A stretch of 64,000 bases of DNA, taken from the NCBI GenBank assembly GCA_977018835.1, contig OZ361261.1, positions 2,356,001 to 2,420,000 on the forward strand. The letters run 5' to 3'. Below the pieces are notes generated by a model that was not told where the DNA came from, did no database searches, and saw only the letters and a list, made by a program, of their open reading frames with translations. This DNA is from Minutocellus sp. GHC0000111. Taxonomy: Eukaryota. Below are positions 24,640 to 37,437 of the stretch, piece by piece. Positions within the stretch are counted from its first letter, which is position 1; each line of letters opens with the position of its first letter. A program made the translations under genes and the position numbers.

Positions 24640-25497
24640 ATGCCCAAGCTGCCCGTTCCTGGCACCAAACTCGATGTAGCTTTCACCTTGGCCAGTGCAC
24701 TCGTGTTGACATGCATCGATTACGGATCGGCCCTGTTCCTCGGTGGATGGCCGACCCAATCCAAGCACGCTCGAGCCGTCGCTGGTTCCATCGCCACGAT
24801 ATTTCATTCTACCGTCCTGGTTCTGGGGCTGGGCGCTGCCCTCTCCACCCAAAAGTACGACCCCAGTGGTCATATGGACGACCATCCCGATTGGTGGGCG
24901 GATGGGGCCCATGCCCTCATCCAATTCTGCACTGGCTACATGATTTACGATGCCGCGGTGCAATTCATTGCTGATCGGTGGCAAAAGGGCGTGGGGCCTG
25001 TTCTGAGTGCTGCCGATTACATGTTTCTAGGACATCATGCCGCGACAAGTCTGTACATGATATCGGCGAGATTATGCGAGGCTGGACACATGAGTGCAAT
25101 GATATTAATGCTGACGGGTGAGGCGACGGCACCCATTATGAATGTACTGCGCATTGCTCGCACTGCGGCCAACGATGAGATCAGTGCCCACTCCATCCTC
25201 GGCCGTGGTTTGCTGCAGATGATTTATCCGTATGTGGAGTATCTGTTCGCTTTGCTGTATGCCAGCTTTCGCATTGTTATTGGTCCGATTTGCGCTGCTC
25301 ATTTGACTTACGATATTCTATTGACCAAGAAGGGACGGAAGAACGTACCAGTCGGTCTGAGCATTGTGTGGTTGACAATGGTATGGGGCGTGCTGTTTGG
25401 CAGCATTCCATGGATCAAGGGTGCATTGACGATCCTCAAGGCCGGGCTCAATGTTGCAAGTGGGGATAGCGCAATCTCTTCAATCGATCCGGAATGA
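24640..25497 (+). CDS. TLC (TRAM/LAG1/CLN8) domain membrane protein
   Basis: FCTGYMIYD, FLGHH, GEATAPIMN and LYASFRI with multiple TM helices. Confidence 0.75.
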   Translation: MPKLPVPGTKLDVAFTLASALVLTCIDYGSALFLGGWPTQSKHARAVAGSIATIFHSTVLVLGLGAALSTQKYDPSGHMDDHPDWWADGAHALIQFCTGYMIYDAAVQFIADRWQKGVGPVLSAADYMFLGHHAATSLYMISARLCEAGHMSAMILMLTGEATAPIMNVLRIARTAANDEISAHSILGRGLLQMIYPYVEYLFALLYASFRIVIGPICAAHLTYDILLTKKGRKNVPVGLSIVWLTMVWGVLFGSIPWIKGALTILKAGLNVASGDSAISSIDPE

Positions 25498-25639
25498 TGA
25501 AGGGTGTGATATTTTACAAGAATCTAGGAGTTTCAGTACCCATTCAATTTTTATTTCTTACTGATGATTACAAACTACATGCTTCCATAGCATTATACTT
25601 TGCAGATCCTCAATCAGTTTTATCCCCGTTGGGGATGGA

Positions 25640-28618
25640 TTATCTTTCAATCAAAAACGAAGTTGAAGTCGTCTGCTTCAGAGAAGTGATGCGAGGTGTC
25701 CTTCTCTTCTTCTGGCGCTTCTTGCGTCTGTTCGTACGTCCGAGGTTACTACCCTGCGATAGGGAAGTTCCCTTGCTGGTACCGGAGGTGGACTTCTCAC
25801 CACGTCGCTTCTTGGAACTGGTAGCATCTGGCTTGGGAGTAATCTTCTTACTGGTTGCTGGCCCAGCAGTGCCTCCGTTCGGCGTCAGCCTATTCTGCCG
25901 CTTGGACTTGCTACCTCTGCCGCCGCTCTTGGGCCTGCTCTTTGACGCAACGGATAGCGGTGAGTCTACCATAGCGTTGCTGCTGGGAGCTAGTACCTGC
26001 GTGGGGATACCGCCGGTAGAGCCTCTAAAGAGGGAATCGATCCTCTCTTTCGACAAGCCACTCGAGCCTAAGGTTGCCTTCTTTGACGAAGAAGTTGAGC
26101 CCTTGGCATCGCTGGGTTTCTTCTTGGCCGAGGAAGTAGGCTCCTCTGACGAAGTAGGCTCCTCTTTCACTTCCTTTCTCCGTTTCTTGGACCCTGCCTT
26201 GTCAGGAACAGGAGTCTTGGCTTCAACGATACCAGAAGCCACGGGAGATGGAACAAAGTCACCGTTCCTACTTTCACTACCTACCCCATCAACTCGAAGA
26301 GCACTCAAAGGCGTCTTAGCCTTCTTTGCGATGGTACTGATATCCTTCTCGAAGCTCTTTTTGGCCTCGTCAAAGACATCTCGCGCCGAATCACGGAGCT
26401 TCTGCTCCTCTGCCTCGCGCGCAGTGCGGAATTGAGCCCTGGCGGTATCCACCTCCTCCCGCCATTCCACCACCTTCTCCTCGAAGGTCCTGGACCGCTC
26501 CTCCAGATTCTTCTCACGTGAGGTCAACGTCGCCTCTCGGACCTTCATCTTGGTTTCGAGGAGCTTGAATCGGTCTTCCATGGCCACCTGCTTCTCCTCC
26601 AGAGCCTTCTTGGCACTCTCGATATCCGAAAAGAGGGACTTGGCCTTCTCGGCAGAGGCAACAGCGGTGGACTTTTGGGCCCGGTTCTGGATCTTGGGAG
26701 TAGAGTCCCTGCTTCCTCCATCCTTCTTCGTGGCGGTGGTTGCGGCCGTGGGAGACTTGGTATCGGCGCCGGTGGTATCGGAAGAATCAATCGACACAAC
26801 GGCAGCGGAAGATGACGACAGTGAACCACCCCGACCATTATTGCCAATACTGGCCGCAGCCTTGGAAGCCGGTTGCTTGGGCTTCGTAGGCTGCGTCTGC
26901 TTCTTCTTGGCACCGATGCCAACACCTGTCCTTCCCGGTAGCGCTTGTTGGCCGGGCTGCCGCCCTGCACCAATCAGCCTGCGGCTTGGGGTGAGGGCTG
27001 CCAGCATACTACGCAGACCTCCACCGATATTGCGCGATGGGGGAGGCGGACGACGATGGGCCGTCATGGCAGCAGTGGCGGAAGCAGCCGAGGATTGGAC
27101 GTGGTGCGGACGTACAGCCAAAGCAGATGCCGGTGCGGCATGACCACGGCCCATGACCATGCGTTGCTGCTGCTGCTGCTGCTGCTGCTGCGCCCTGCCC
27201 CGTCCAGGAGTAAAGATTCCAATCACGCTATCCTTGGCGAACTTTTGCATCGACTGCATCGAGGCATGAATGACGCGGGCCGGGGTGGACATGGGCCGCT
27301 GCGCTGACGGCTGGGCGTACGACGGGGGAGCGGGGGGCATCATCGTCGTGGTAGACGTAGACGTAGTAGATGTGGTGGCAGCTGGCATCATCTGATTATG
27401 ATGGGGAGGAGGACGATGGTGTGGCTGGTGATGAGGATGGTGACGAGGATTGTTGTTGTTGCTGGCCCGGGAGCTCTGCTGGGAGTACACCGTGCTGGCA
27501 TCGTCGGCGTACGGCTGCACCGGAGCCTGGTGCTGCTTATTGATCGGCAAATATACAAATGAATGAAATGGAAGGCGGATGAATAGGTAGATGTGGATTA
27601 GCTTTGCATCTGCCACATACAGGACTGTATCGCATACTCGTACAATCTCTTGTAGCGTCTCACGTACCATTGGTACAAACGACAAGACAAAGTCAAAATA
27701 CAAATGCCATACGCCATACACGTGCTACATACCATCGTCATACCGGCCGACGGTGCATACTGCTGCTGCTGCTGGCTACCGTTGCCACCACCACCACCAC
27801 CCTGGCCACCACCATTGCTGCCACTGCCGTTCGACTGGGAGTTGGTCTGGCTGCTGAACTGCGACATGGTCAGATGGCTGCAGTGGTCCAGATTGTTGTT
27901 GCTGCTGACGGGCGGCTGCTGAGGTGGCTGCTGCTGCTGGTTGTAGTTCTGGTGGTATGGTGGCTGATACGATGGCAGCTGCTGGTGGGATTGCTGCTGG
28001 TGGTGGTGGTAGTTGTGGTGGCGATTTGTAGCCGACGACATTGGCTGCTGCTGCTGCTGCTGATTCATTCTGGGCGGCTGAGGCGGGGGCATCTTCTTGG
28101 CCGACGACGAGGCTACCATACTACTGCGATAGCTATTGCTGTTATTGGCGGCGGTGGCAGATGAACGGCGGGATGGAGACCGAGCGGACGCCGACGACGA
28201 CTTGCCCTCCGCCTCCTGCTGCTGCTTCCTCCGCTTCCGACTTCCGACTTGCCGCAACCGTGTCGTTATTGTTGCTGCCGCTGCCGCTGCTGGACGATCG
28301 AGTTGACGACTTCTTGCTGCCCTTGGCGGCGGTGCTGCGGCTACTCCTGGACGACGTCCTGGCAAAGTCCTCCGTGCCGTCGTCATCATCTTGCGCCTCG
28401 TCGTCGTCGGTATCATCATCGTAATTCTGCTGCGACATTTGGAGGAGGGTGGCGCTGCGCTGCTGCTGCCGACGGCGGCGGCTCGACGAGGACGAACGCT
28501 TGCGCTTGGACTTGCTGCCAGCAGCGAAGGCAATGGAGGAGGAGGTGGCGGCATTCCGAGTGCCGTTCTTGGCGGCGATGGAAGATGCCATACGGGCAAA
28601 GTGGGACGACATCTTCAT
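25640..28618 (-). CDS. Low-complexity Q/S/K-rich protein with coiled coil; intron about 27732-27536, frameshift near 28245
   Basis: Three overlapping ORFs, donor ATG|gtatgt at 27732, and a coiled-coil segment IESAKKALEEKQVAMEDRF... Confidence 0.55.
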
Positions 28619-29002
28619 TTTGTTCTTCTCAAAGTCCAACAGAACAAAAGAGATTTGGATACGGTGGATTTTTGTTCCGTTTCAATTATTTGCGAAGAAG
28701 AGGCGATGGTTCAGCCGGATCGGTCGACTTACGCCGAGGAAATGCTCTCCTGTGGACGATCAGCACCCTTTGACGTGGCTGCTGCGGCTAGCCTAGCTGA
28801 TAATACTGGTTGCAGCTCGCGGTGCCAAACAGTCAACAGCGGCGGCAGATCCATTGTGGCAGCCATCAGATCGGTTGCGTTGCTGCCTCGCGATCGCATC
28901 GATCGCAGCCAGATTATCGGGGCTGCGCTGCAAAAACCTTTAGGGGGCTCTCCCTTTTTCATATCGCCTTTTTTCGCTTCAGCCGTTCAAAGCAAGGCGA
29001 CC

Positions 29003-30313
29003 ATGGGCAAGAAGAGCAAGCGCCGCGGAGGCACCGGCGGCGGCGTCGGAAAGAAGGGTACCACCGCCAGCGGCGGAGCATCCAGGGGTGGTGCTGCTAC
29101 CGCTCGCTCGTCGGGCTCGGTTCGTCATCAGCCAGCAGGAGGAGCACGAGGCAACAACTACGAGCTCGTACGACACGCCCATCGATGCCCTCGCTCTGCT
29201 GGAAAGCGTTAAGGAGCCGCTGCCAAGTCTCAAGGGCATCATCTCGACGAACGACGACCCCGACGCATGTGCAATCTGCTCAGGTCCCCTCACATTGGGC
29301 CGACGATATGTTGTGGCACAATGTTGTGGGAAACGCGGCTGCGACGCGTGCTTCGACGAAGGCAAGGTTGGATACGCCAGTGACCTTCTTGGGCTCGATC
29401 GCTGCACCTTCTGCAACTCATTGAAGTGGAAGGAGGCCGCTATTCTCCGGAGGGAGGCCATGGCGGGAAATGCGTGGGCGCAGCATTTCTACGGAACTTC
29501 CCTCGACGAGCTTGAGAAAATGAGGAAGCTGCTTCCTGGTACCAGAGGGCGGCCTCGCACGGGCATCCCGAAGCCTTCCTGGCCCTTGCGGGAATGTACG
29601 GGGATGGGTTAGGATGTCCTCTCGACCGCAAGCTTGCTCGGATGTATGCGGAGAAGGCCCACTCTCTTCATCCTCAACTCGGCGTGCGGTGCAACCGAAT
29701 TCTACTCAGTGTTGCCATGAACCTATCCGACGACGGATTAGTAAAAGAGGCCGACGCAATCCTTCGTGATTTGGTGCATCAAGACGAAGATGCTCTCGAC
29801 GGGGACCTATGTGAAAGAACCGCCGCGTCTCTCTATACTATGGGACTATACCGCCTTTCGGGGAAAATGCGCCTCAAAGCTTTCTGTCTTGGCCAGCTCG
29901 GGTCCGCTTTCAGTGCAGCCGAATGTTACTTCGTTATCAGAAACTATCCTCTCTGTAAGTTGTGGCTGTCGGTTGCATGTCAGACAAAAGGTTGGTTCTT
30001 CAAAGAAGAATTTCAACCTCACGGAAAAAGCTTTTGGGTGTCTCATGAGAGTCGGCGAGATGAGTTCCGAATCGAATTCCGCGAGGTCCGCGACTCGTGC
30101 GGTGGGTGTGGCGCCGCACTTGAGGGCGATATGCGCAAGTACTGCCGAGGCTGCAAGGCATACTGTTACTGTAGCAGAGAATGCCAAAAGCTGCATTGGA
30201 ATCGCAAGAAGGATAGTCATAGGGACGAATGCAACAAAGCCAAGGAACATTGGGAGAAGGCAGTGGAGGCTATCCGCAGTGGCAAGGTCATCTTGCCGAA
30301 GAAGAATGAGTGA
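29003..30313 (+). CDS. RING-like + Sel1 repeat + MYND zinc finger protein; 2 frameshifts
   Basis: MGKKSKRR start, CAIC...CCGKRGCDAC...CTFC, AMAGNAWAQ, and MYND CGGCG...CRGCKAYCYCSRECQKLHW...HRDEC. Confidence 0.75.
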
Positions 30314-30812
30314 GTCAATTGAGGGAGTGAGGAGAAGTCTACTGACTACAGCTGTGCAGCTGTAGCAAGTACCGCCATGTTGCTTGGTACGAACGTAGAA
30401 ATTTCGAATAGTGATTTCAGAAACAGGATCTGCACATGCCTAGCGGCATTCTTTGTCAATTTATACACACATGGCATGCAAGACTACTAGCAATTGTCCA
30501 TACCCCTATTTCATACCACCATATTTTATTTTCTCTTCTTAATTTTAACACTTATTTCCTTTCTACTCGGTAACCTGGTTGCAGAGCGCCCACCCGCTTA
30601 CCGTGGAACCATCACGTTCTATCTTACTAATGTGGGTGGGTAGGAATCTTTAAATTAATGCATGCGTTGTCCCACGCCTATTCGGCACCGTGAAGCATTG
30701 AAAAGATTTGACCTTGCAACGATTCTCTTCATTTTTCTATCAAAACTCATCATATCATCACATGGCTCAGTACATGTAGACAAATACAAGAGTATTGCAG
30801 CTACTTGTCAAC

Positions 30813-31677
30813 ATGCCAAAGAGTAGATCCCCCCCAAAGACAATCGACGCAAGTCCAACCCAATGTAGCTGCATCTTCTTGGCCCTTGCAGAGGGTACTA
30901 TCCACTCAATCCTATCGTATGCTGCCCCACGTTACCAGCGTGCTCATTTGCTCTGCCAACTCGGACTTACTTGTCATCCCATGTCTAAAGCTGTACGCGA
31001 AGGTTTTCACCTAGTGTGGAAAGCAATTCATCTCCAAGATTATGGTGCGGCAAATCCAGCTGTGCCCAGGAGATCGTCGAAGCGGCTTTGTAGAAGTCCG
31101 AAAGCTAATGTTAGAGCATCCCACATGGCCGTTATTGAAAGAACGAAGTTTGCTGTGGGATATTTAAGTGAATTGGCGACGTCAAAAAAAAAGCTTAACC
31201 GTTCGTCGGCTTCGCTGGGCCCTTGATGAATTTGAACCCTGTGTCCACTATCGCTACGTCACAAGCCATTTAAATGAATGCTGTCAAGCAGATGCTAAGG
31301 ACACAGTTATTTTAGAATGCGTCCGGGAATTGATAGAAAACTTTGGTGCCGATCCGAATCTTGCCACCATACCTGATGAGGGTTCGTTCCACGGTGTGAC
31401 TCCACTCATTATTGCGTCGGCCATACCATCTGTGGTTCGATATCTATTGGACGCGGGCGCATCTCCCTTCACTGTTGGTAATGCAAAATTTACCTGGGAA
31501 GAAAAGGGCTCCAGGAACGTCAAGGGCTCACGTACACCCTTGGAGTTTGCGAGGGAAATGCGCGAGGCTGAGATCGCCCAATGGGGGGCATGGGGGGAGG
31601 AGCCCGAAGATGCCTTACTGGGTGAATGCATTGCATTGCTCGAAGAGGCAGAGAATTCTAAACACGGATCTACATGA
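30813..31677 (+). CDS. F-box-like + ankyrin repeat protein; frameshift at the A-run near 31190
   Basis: FLALAEGTIHSILSY (F-box-like) and VRELIENFGADPN..GVTPLIIASAIPSVVRYLLDAGA (ankyrin). Confidence 0.55.
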
Positions 31678-31833
31678 AATCAGATGATACGAAGAATGAG
31701 AAGTCGTAGCTAGCTTCAGGTAAGGTGCGGTTTGGGGGCAGACGCTCTGGGAATCCGAGGTTTTCAACCGAGAGCTAATCAAGACTTGTTCGGCCAGTGA
31801 ATTGCAGAGAATAGGGTGTAACGTTTTGCTATT

Positions 31834-32294
31834 TGTGGGTACCGCACGGTGGGGATGAGCTGGCGACGGTGGTTAGCAGCAGGCACTAAAACTGCATTCC
31901 TGTAGTGCCCAGTTTTTCTGCTGACCACCACCTTCGCCTCCTCTCGTCTCAACTGACCAAGCCACAACCATCTGCGATTGCTGCCGTTGCAATTGCTAAG
32001 TCAGCTTACAGTACCGGCTCCCAGAGCCTGTCTCTCTCTCTCAGTAGTTAGTTAGTTTTAAATTCCCTCAAACCGCCTCCTCACCCTCTAAGAAGTTTCA
32101 TTTACCGCCGACCTCACCCTCTAAGAAGTTTCATTTACCGCCAATGCCAGCTCCAGTTCACGTAGTTAAACTGCATTTCATGTTCTACTAAGTTGCATAG
32201 AGTTGGGAGAATCAGCGGAGGGAGGTGCTGTGTTCGATGTATCATCGCGACGCGACGTTGCCGTGCATAAACCTTAGGCTCGCCTTATGACGGC
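31834..32294 (+). repeat. Left terminal repeat A1 of the YR retrotransposon (contains block B at 32110-32247)
   Basis: Matches 36961-37426 except two substitutions (32012 T vs 37139 C; 32110 G vs 37237 A) and one extra CGACG unit in the right copy. Confidence 0.95.
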
Positions 32295-32348
32295 ACAGCT
32301 TGTCTCCGTACCCCCGACGACGCCGGCAACGACCTCTCTTGCTTCTCA

Positions 32349-32798
32349 ATGGCCGACGAGTCCAAAAAGATAATGAAGACTCAAAATCCTTTCGTCTACC
32401 CCAGCCACATCAAGCTCGTCCAATCGGCCAACGCTCCCACCCCTTCCTCGGATTCCGACTCCGACAAATCAGAGCCAAGAACCAGTCCGAAAAAGAAGCA
32501 AAAGACGGGCGGCGCCAGCGGCAGAGCCCACCAGCACGAACACTTCGTCACGTTCGACATCAACCCCGGCAACTTTGCAAAACGGTATGGCAAGAAATCC
32601 GAGCCCTATGAGGACAGACCTGAAATTAATGGCTGTAAATTCTGCCCTCCATTCATCCTGATAGGTGTCTGCGGCGCCGGATCCTCGTGTAAGCTCAAGA
32701 AGTCGCATGTCAAGAGGCCTCTTAAGGCATCGGAGAGAGGACCCGTCGAGCAGCACGTCGAGAAATGCGATCGGAAGTACGAGGAGGCGGAGGAGTGA
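32349..32798 (+). CDS. Gag-like ORF1 remnant with CCCH-type zinc finger
   Basis: CPPFILIGVCGAGSSCKLKKSH, located between the left repeat and the RT. It is short, so possibly 5'-deleted. Confidence 0.55.
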   Translation: MADESKKIMKTQNPFVYPSHIKLVQSANAPTPSSDSDSDKSEPRTSPKKKQKTGGASGRAHQHEHFVTFDINPGNFAKRYGKKSEPYEDRPEINGCKFCPPFILIGVCGAGSSCKLKKSHVKRPLKASERGPVEQHVEKCDRKYEEAEE

Positions 32799-33529
32799 CG
32801 GATCGGGTGGGCACGGAGGCGTGGCCCACCCTCGGAGGATGCTGGAGAAACATCTCGGCCAGCCGGCCGAGCTCGTCCCTCCAAGCGCCGTCGAGTGCAG
32901 CCAGACACGTCGGCGTCGATCCGCCCCGGTGGCTCCAGCCGCCCAAGGTTATCCGGCACCCCAAAATCCGGCGTGTGCGGTCGCAACGACATCAGCAACC
33001 AATCCAGGCTCTCCGGTGCCCCTAACACCGGAGCAGAAGGCCGAGGCGTTAGCAGTGACCTTCGGTCGGGTCCTGGTCCCCCTGACACCAGCGGTGATGC
33101 CTGCGCCGACAACAGCATCTCAGGCTCTGGCTCCAGCACCACTAACGCTGGCGGTGCGGAAGCCACCGACAACCTCTTCGACCGGCTAGGCCAGCGAGAG
33201 AAGGATCTCCTAGGTAAGCAGCCCCAACCCGAAGCACAGTCTCCCCCTGGTTCCCCTACGCACAGTGAGGAAGTAGAACCGACACGCCAAAATGGTAAGT
33301 GAGACCAACAGGTGAAGAAACACCTACAACAAACGGGGCAGCCCAGCGCCCACAATGGGCCCACCACGGTCGGACAGACCCGCATGCTCGTGAACGTGCA
33401 GCATGTACATATCTCACCTTTTTCTCGCCTTATGCAATTCCACGTGGGAACTAGAGCCCATCTTCGATGTTTCAACCTTGGTGCAGTGCGTCCGATGAGC
33501 AGTCGAGTCCCCGTCGGCCACACCGAAGC

Positions 33530-35640
33530 CCACGGAGTTCAGATTTGAGCTCTTGACGGAGGCCGCCGCTCACAATTGGTCGGTCCTCAAGAAATGCGAT
33601 CGTTCTCTGAGCAGGGCACTCGAGGCGCAGGGCGGGTCGCCACTCCAACCGGGATCGGAGTTCAGAGACCTCTGAGTCTTCTGGAGCCGATTCATGGCCG
33701 GCACCCGCTGTGGCCCCGCTTCCGCTCCATTCTCGACAGTGGATCCGACTGGGCCCCCTCGATCCGGTGGGCGACGAAAGCAGACTGGACAGCGTGACAA
33801 AGAACATCGGCCGAGGCAACCACAAATCGGCCAGGGATAGGCCGGAGGTACTCAAGGACCAAGTTCTCGACGACGTGACCCGCGGTTTCGCCCTCCCTCT
33901 GCCAGCAAAGGTCGCGCCCCTCATTCCTGGAGCGGGGGTGGCTCCGATGGGTTTTTGGCAGCACAGAACTCGATCAGCGAGGCTGGCGAGATCATGCCCA
34001 AGGACCGCCTGACTCACGACCAATCCTTCAAGATCGGTGCCGCACGGTCCGTCAACAACAGAGTGCGCATGGAGGACCACCAGCCAGTGGTGTTCGGCCA
34101 TGCCCTCCGGCGAGTGATCCACTACATCGTAGACGCCCGTCACAAGCATCCCCGTGCTCCCATCCTCCTGCAGAAGGTCGACTTCAAGGCTGCGTGTCGC
34201 CGGGCCCACTTGGCTCCCAGCACGGCCGTCAAAACGATCACCACCCTGGATGGCATTGCCCTCATGTCCCTCCGGCTGACTTTCGGCGGCCGCCCTTGCC
34301 CGAGCGAATGGTGCAACATGTGTCCGAATCGGCGGCCGACCTGGCCAGGGCCCTCCTGCAATGCTCGGACTGGGACCCGTCAGAGCTCCACAGCCCCCAG
34401 CAGAAGCACTTGGGTCGCCCCAAGGTGGAGGGCGACGATGTGCCGTTCGCGCCGGCCCTGGACATGATCGTAACCCTTCCCGACAACAAGGATGGCATCG
34501 TCGAGCCGCACATCGATGACCTCATCGCCGCAGCCCCTGACCTGGGCGACAACAAGGATCGGATGTCCGCTGCCACCCTCCTCGCCATCCACGCGCTTGG
34601 CCGACCGGTGTCCGACAGCGAGCCACTGCCCAGAGATGACCTTGCCTCCATCAAGAAGCTGCTCGCCGAGGGGACGCCTTCCGAAGCACTGTGTCTCTTG
34701 GGGTGGGATGCTGACACCCGGCGGCTCCTACTGAGGCTCCCTTGGAGCAAGCACCTGGCCTGGCGCGATGACATCCTTCGGCTCCTCAGAGCCCGCGGCG
34801 CCACCAGATCAGAGCTGGACACCTTGGTCGGAAGGCTAAACCACGTCGGATGCATCATTCCAGCCGCACGACACTTCCTCAGCCGCCTTCGGGATCGGCT
34901 CTGGAAGGCCCGCCGCCACGGCCGCCAACGGTTCGACTCTGAGGATGCAGAAGACCTCAACCTGTGGCTCCGCTTCCTCCGAAGGGCCGCCGATGGCATG
35001 AGCATGAACCTCCTCACGTGCCGTTGCCCCACCCACGAGCACACAAGTGACGCCTGCGAGCACGGCATCGGCGGATGGTCCTCATCCGGCAGAGCGTGGA
35101 GATTTGCCCTCCCCGAGGAGCCATGGGGCCGGTTCACACTCAATTGCCTGGAATTCCTCGCCGCCGTCATCGGTCCATGGATCGACCACATCGAGGGCAA
35201 CCTACCAACCCTCTCCTGCGCACTGTCGGGGACCGACAGCACCACGGCCGAGGGATGGCTCAGGAAGTCGAACTTCGTGTCTCACGGCGCGAAGGATGCC
35301 GACGTAGCGGTCAAGCTGGCCACGGCGCGGAAACTAGCCGACATGCTCATCGAGACCAACACCATGCTGCACTCACAGTGGTTCCAGGGGAAGCGCAATC
35401 CGGAGGCCGATTCTCTTTCTCGTGATGCCGATCTCTCTGATGCTGACCTCACGAAGTTGCTTCTGTCATCTCCCGAATGTCAGCTTCCCTCAAATTTCAG
35501 GATTGCACCACTACCCAACGAGATTGCTTCCTGGATTGTCTCGCAGGCACGGACGCTGCCCGTCAGGAAGCAGTTACAACGGCCACTGCCGAGAAGCACG
35601 CTCTCGCGTGGAGCCGCTGGACTGAGTTCCTGCAGCTCAT
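33530..35640 (+). pseudogene. Reverse transcriptase + RNase H of the YR retrotransposon, frameshifted, Tyr codons lost
   Basis: GSEFR, HPLW, RGNHKSA, KDRLTHDQSF, KVDFKAACRR, LRLTFGGRPCP, HIDD (YxDD position), LGW..DTRRL, SDACEHGIGG, LEFLA, TDSTTAEGW and NPEADSLSR. Confidence 0.9.
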
Positions 35641-36765
35641 CGGGACACCGGGGACGACGTCTTCCTCGACAAGGCATCACCCCGAGACCGAACAGTCATT
35701 CTCGGCGCCTTTGCCCACGCCGTCCGACAGGCCAGCTTTTCGGGGCCAAAGTTTTCGCGACTGGCTGCGTCGACAGTCCGAGATGCCGTCTCACATGCAT
35801 GCTCGTCCTTCCGGCACAACCAGCGCAGGGACCCAGGGAAAGACGACATCGGCCAGCCTTCATTCCTTCTACAGCGGCAGTTCCGAGGACACAGCCAGTC
35901 CGACCCGGCCGAGCGGCCGGAGAGGGCGATCACCTGCCGGCTCCTCCGAGAGATCGCCTCCGTCAGGGAAACGGAAGAGGACCGTGCAGTGCAGTCGGGC
36001 AACTAGCCGCCGTCGGCGCCTTCTTCTTCGCGATGAGGTCTTGCGAACGAACACTCCAGAGTCAGCGGTGAGCGCAGGACCAAGCTGCTCCGCCTCCGCA
36101 ACATCCAGTTCTACCGCGGCCAACGGCGCATGTGTCACAACGACCGGTCCCTCCTTTCAGCAGACTCTGTCTCCGTCACCTTTGAGTTCCAGAAGAACGA
36201 CGAGCGTGACGTCACGATTACGCAACACTGCACCCACGACGCCACCCTCTGCCCAGTTCGAGCTTGGGCTGCCCTGGTGAAACGAGTCCTAGGGCACCCT
36301 AGTACCAACAGCGACACGCCGGTTAATGCCTTCGTGGTCAACGGCGTATTAAAATACATTCCTGCCACCCGAACAGTTGACAAGATCCGAGCGTCGGCCA
36401 CAGTGATTGGAGAGGACGTCCTGGGCTGCCATCCCTCTGAATTCGGATCACACTCCATTCGCAGCGGAGCAGCAATGGCAATGTATCAAAATGATGTTCC
36501 CACGTACACAATCATGCTGGTAGGGCGGTGGTCCAGTGACGCCTTCCTCAAGTGCATCCGTCGCCAGGTCCAAGAATTTACATCCGGAGTCTCCACACGC
36601 ATGATCCAACGAGGTTCCTTCTTCAACGTGCCCCACGCACACTCGACGAGCCATCGCGAAGACCCAAGGACCCCAAATTGCCGCCAATCCTTCGCCGGCA
36701 TCAACAGTATTGGCCGAAATGCCGGCTTCGGGACTCCAATGCCCCCCTTCGCCCTGTTCACCTAA
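35477..36765 (+). pseudogene. Tyrosine recombinase of the retrotransposon; catalytic Tyr replaced by Cys
   Basis: AFFFAMRSCE (Arg), FEFQKND, LCPVRAW, GSHSIRSGAA (HxxR), GRWSSDAFLKCIR (TGC at 36553-36555). Overlaps the RNase H in another frame and has several frameshifts. Confidence 0.9.
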
Positions 36766-36821
36766 GCACGACACACATTATATTGGCCGATCTGTGCTAC
36801 GGAAAGGAGGAGGGGGAGAGG

Positions 36822-37437
36822 GACCTCACCCTCTAAGAAGTTTCATTTACCGCCAATGCCAGCTCCAGTTCACGTAGTTAAACTGCATTTCATGTTCTAC
36901 TATGTTGCATAGAGTTGGGAGAATCAGCGGAGGGAGGTGCTGTGTTCGATGTATCATCGTTGTGGGTACCGCACGGTGGGGATGAGCTGGCGACGGTGGT
37001 TAGCAGCAGGCACTAAAACTGCATTCCTGTAGTGCCCAGTTTTTCTGCTGACCACCACCTTCGCCTCCTCTCGTCTCAACTGACCAAGCCACAACCATCT
37101 GCGATTGCTGCCGTTGCAATTGCTAAGTCAGCTTACAGCACCGGCTCCCAGAGCCTGTCTCTCTCTCTCAGTAGTTAGTTAGTTTTAAATTCCCTCAAAC
37201 CGCCTCCTCACCCTCTAAGAAGTTTCATTTACCGCCAACCTCACCCTCTAAGAAGTTTCATTTACCGCCAATGCCAGCTCCAGTTCACGTAGTTAAACTG
37301 CATTTCATGTTCTACTAAGTTGCATAGAGTTGGGAGAATCAGCGGAGGGAGGTGCTGTGTTCGATGTATCATCGCGACGCGACGCGACGTTGCCGTGCAT
37401 AAACCTTAGGCTCGCCTTATGACGGCCATGTATCATC
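36822..37437 (+). repeat. Right terminal complex: block B (36822-36959), repeat A2 (36961-37426), short B-end copy ATGTATCATC (37428-37437)
   Basis: Direct sequence comparison with 31834-32294. Confidence 0.93.

Larger units (their letters stand above)
31834..37437 (+). mobile_element. Tyrosine-recombinase retrotransposon (DIRS order, Ngaro-like split direct repeats), inactivated copy
   Basis: A ~460-bp direct repeat at 31834-32294 and 36961-37426, a 138-bp block present three times, and internal gag-like CCCH, RT/RNase H and overlapping tyrosine recombinase frames. Confidence 0.92.

Noticed and set aside
27140..28500. CAG/CTG-type triplet runs
   Set aside because: Ordinary poly-Gln/Gly/His tracts in a low-complexity protein.
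32079..32142. 31-bp direct repeats resembling a CRISPR array
   Set aside because: There are no unique spacers and no cas genes, and the repeats are part of the retrotransposon termini.
33541..36555. Alternative genetic code (His/Cys codons read as Tyr) as the reason for missing Tyr
   Set aside because: Host genes use TAY at conserved Tyr sites (CK2 beta, GT49, acyltransferase), and two different replacement codon types occur.
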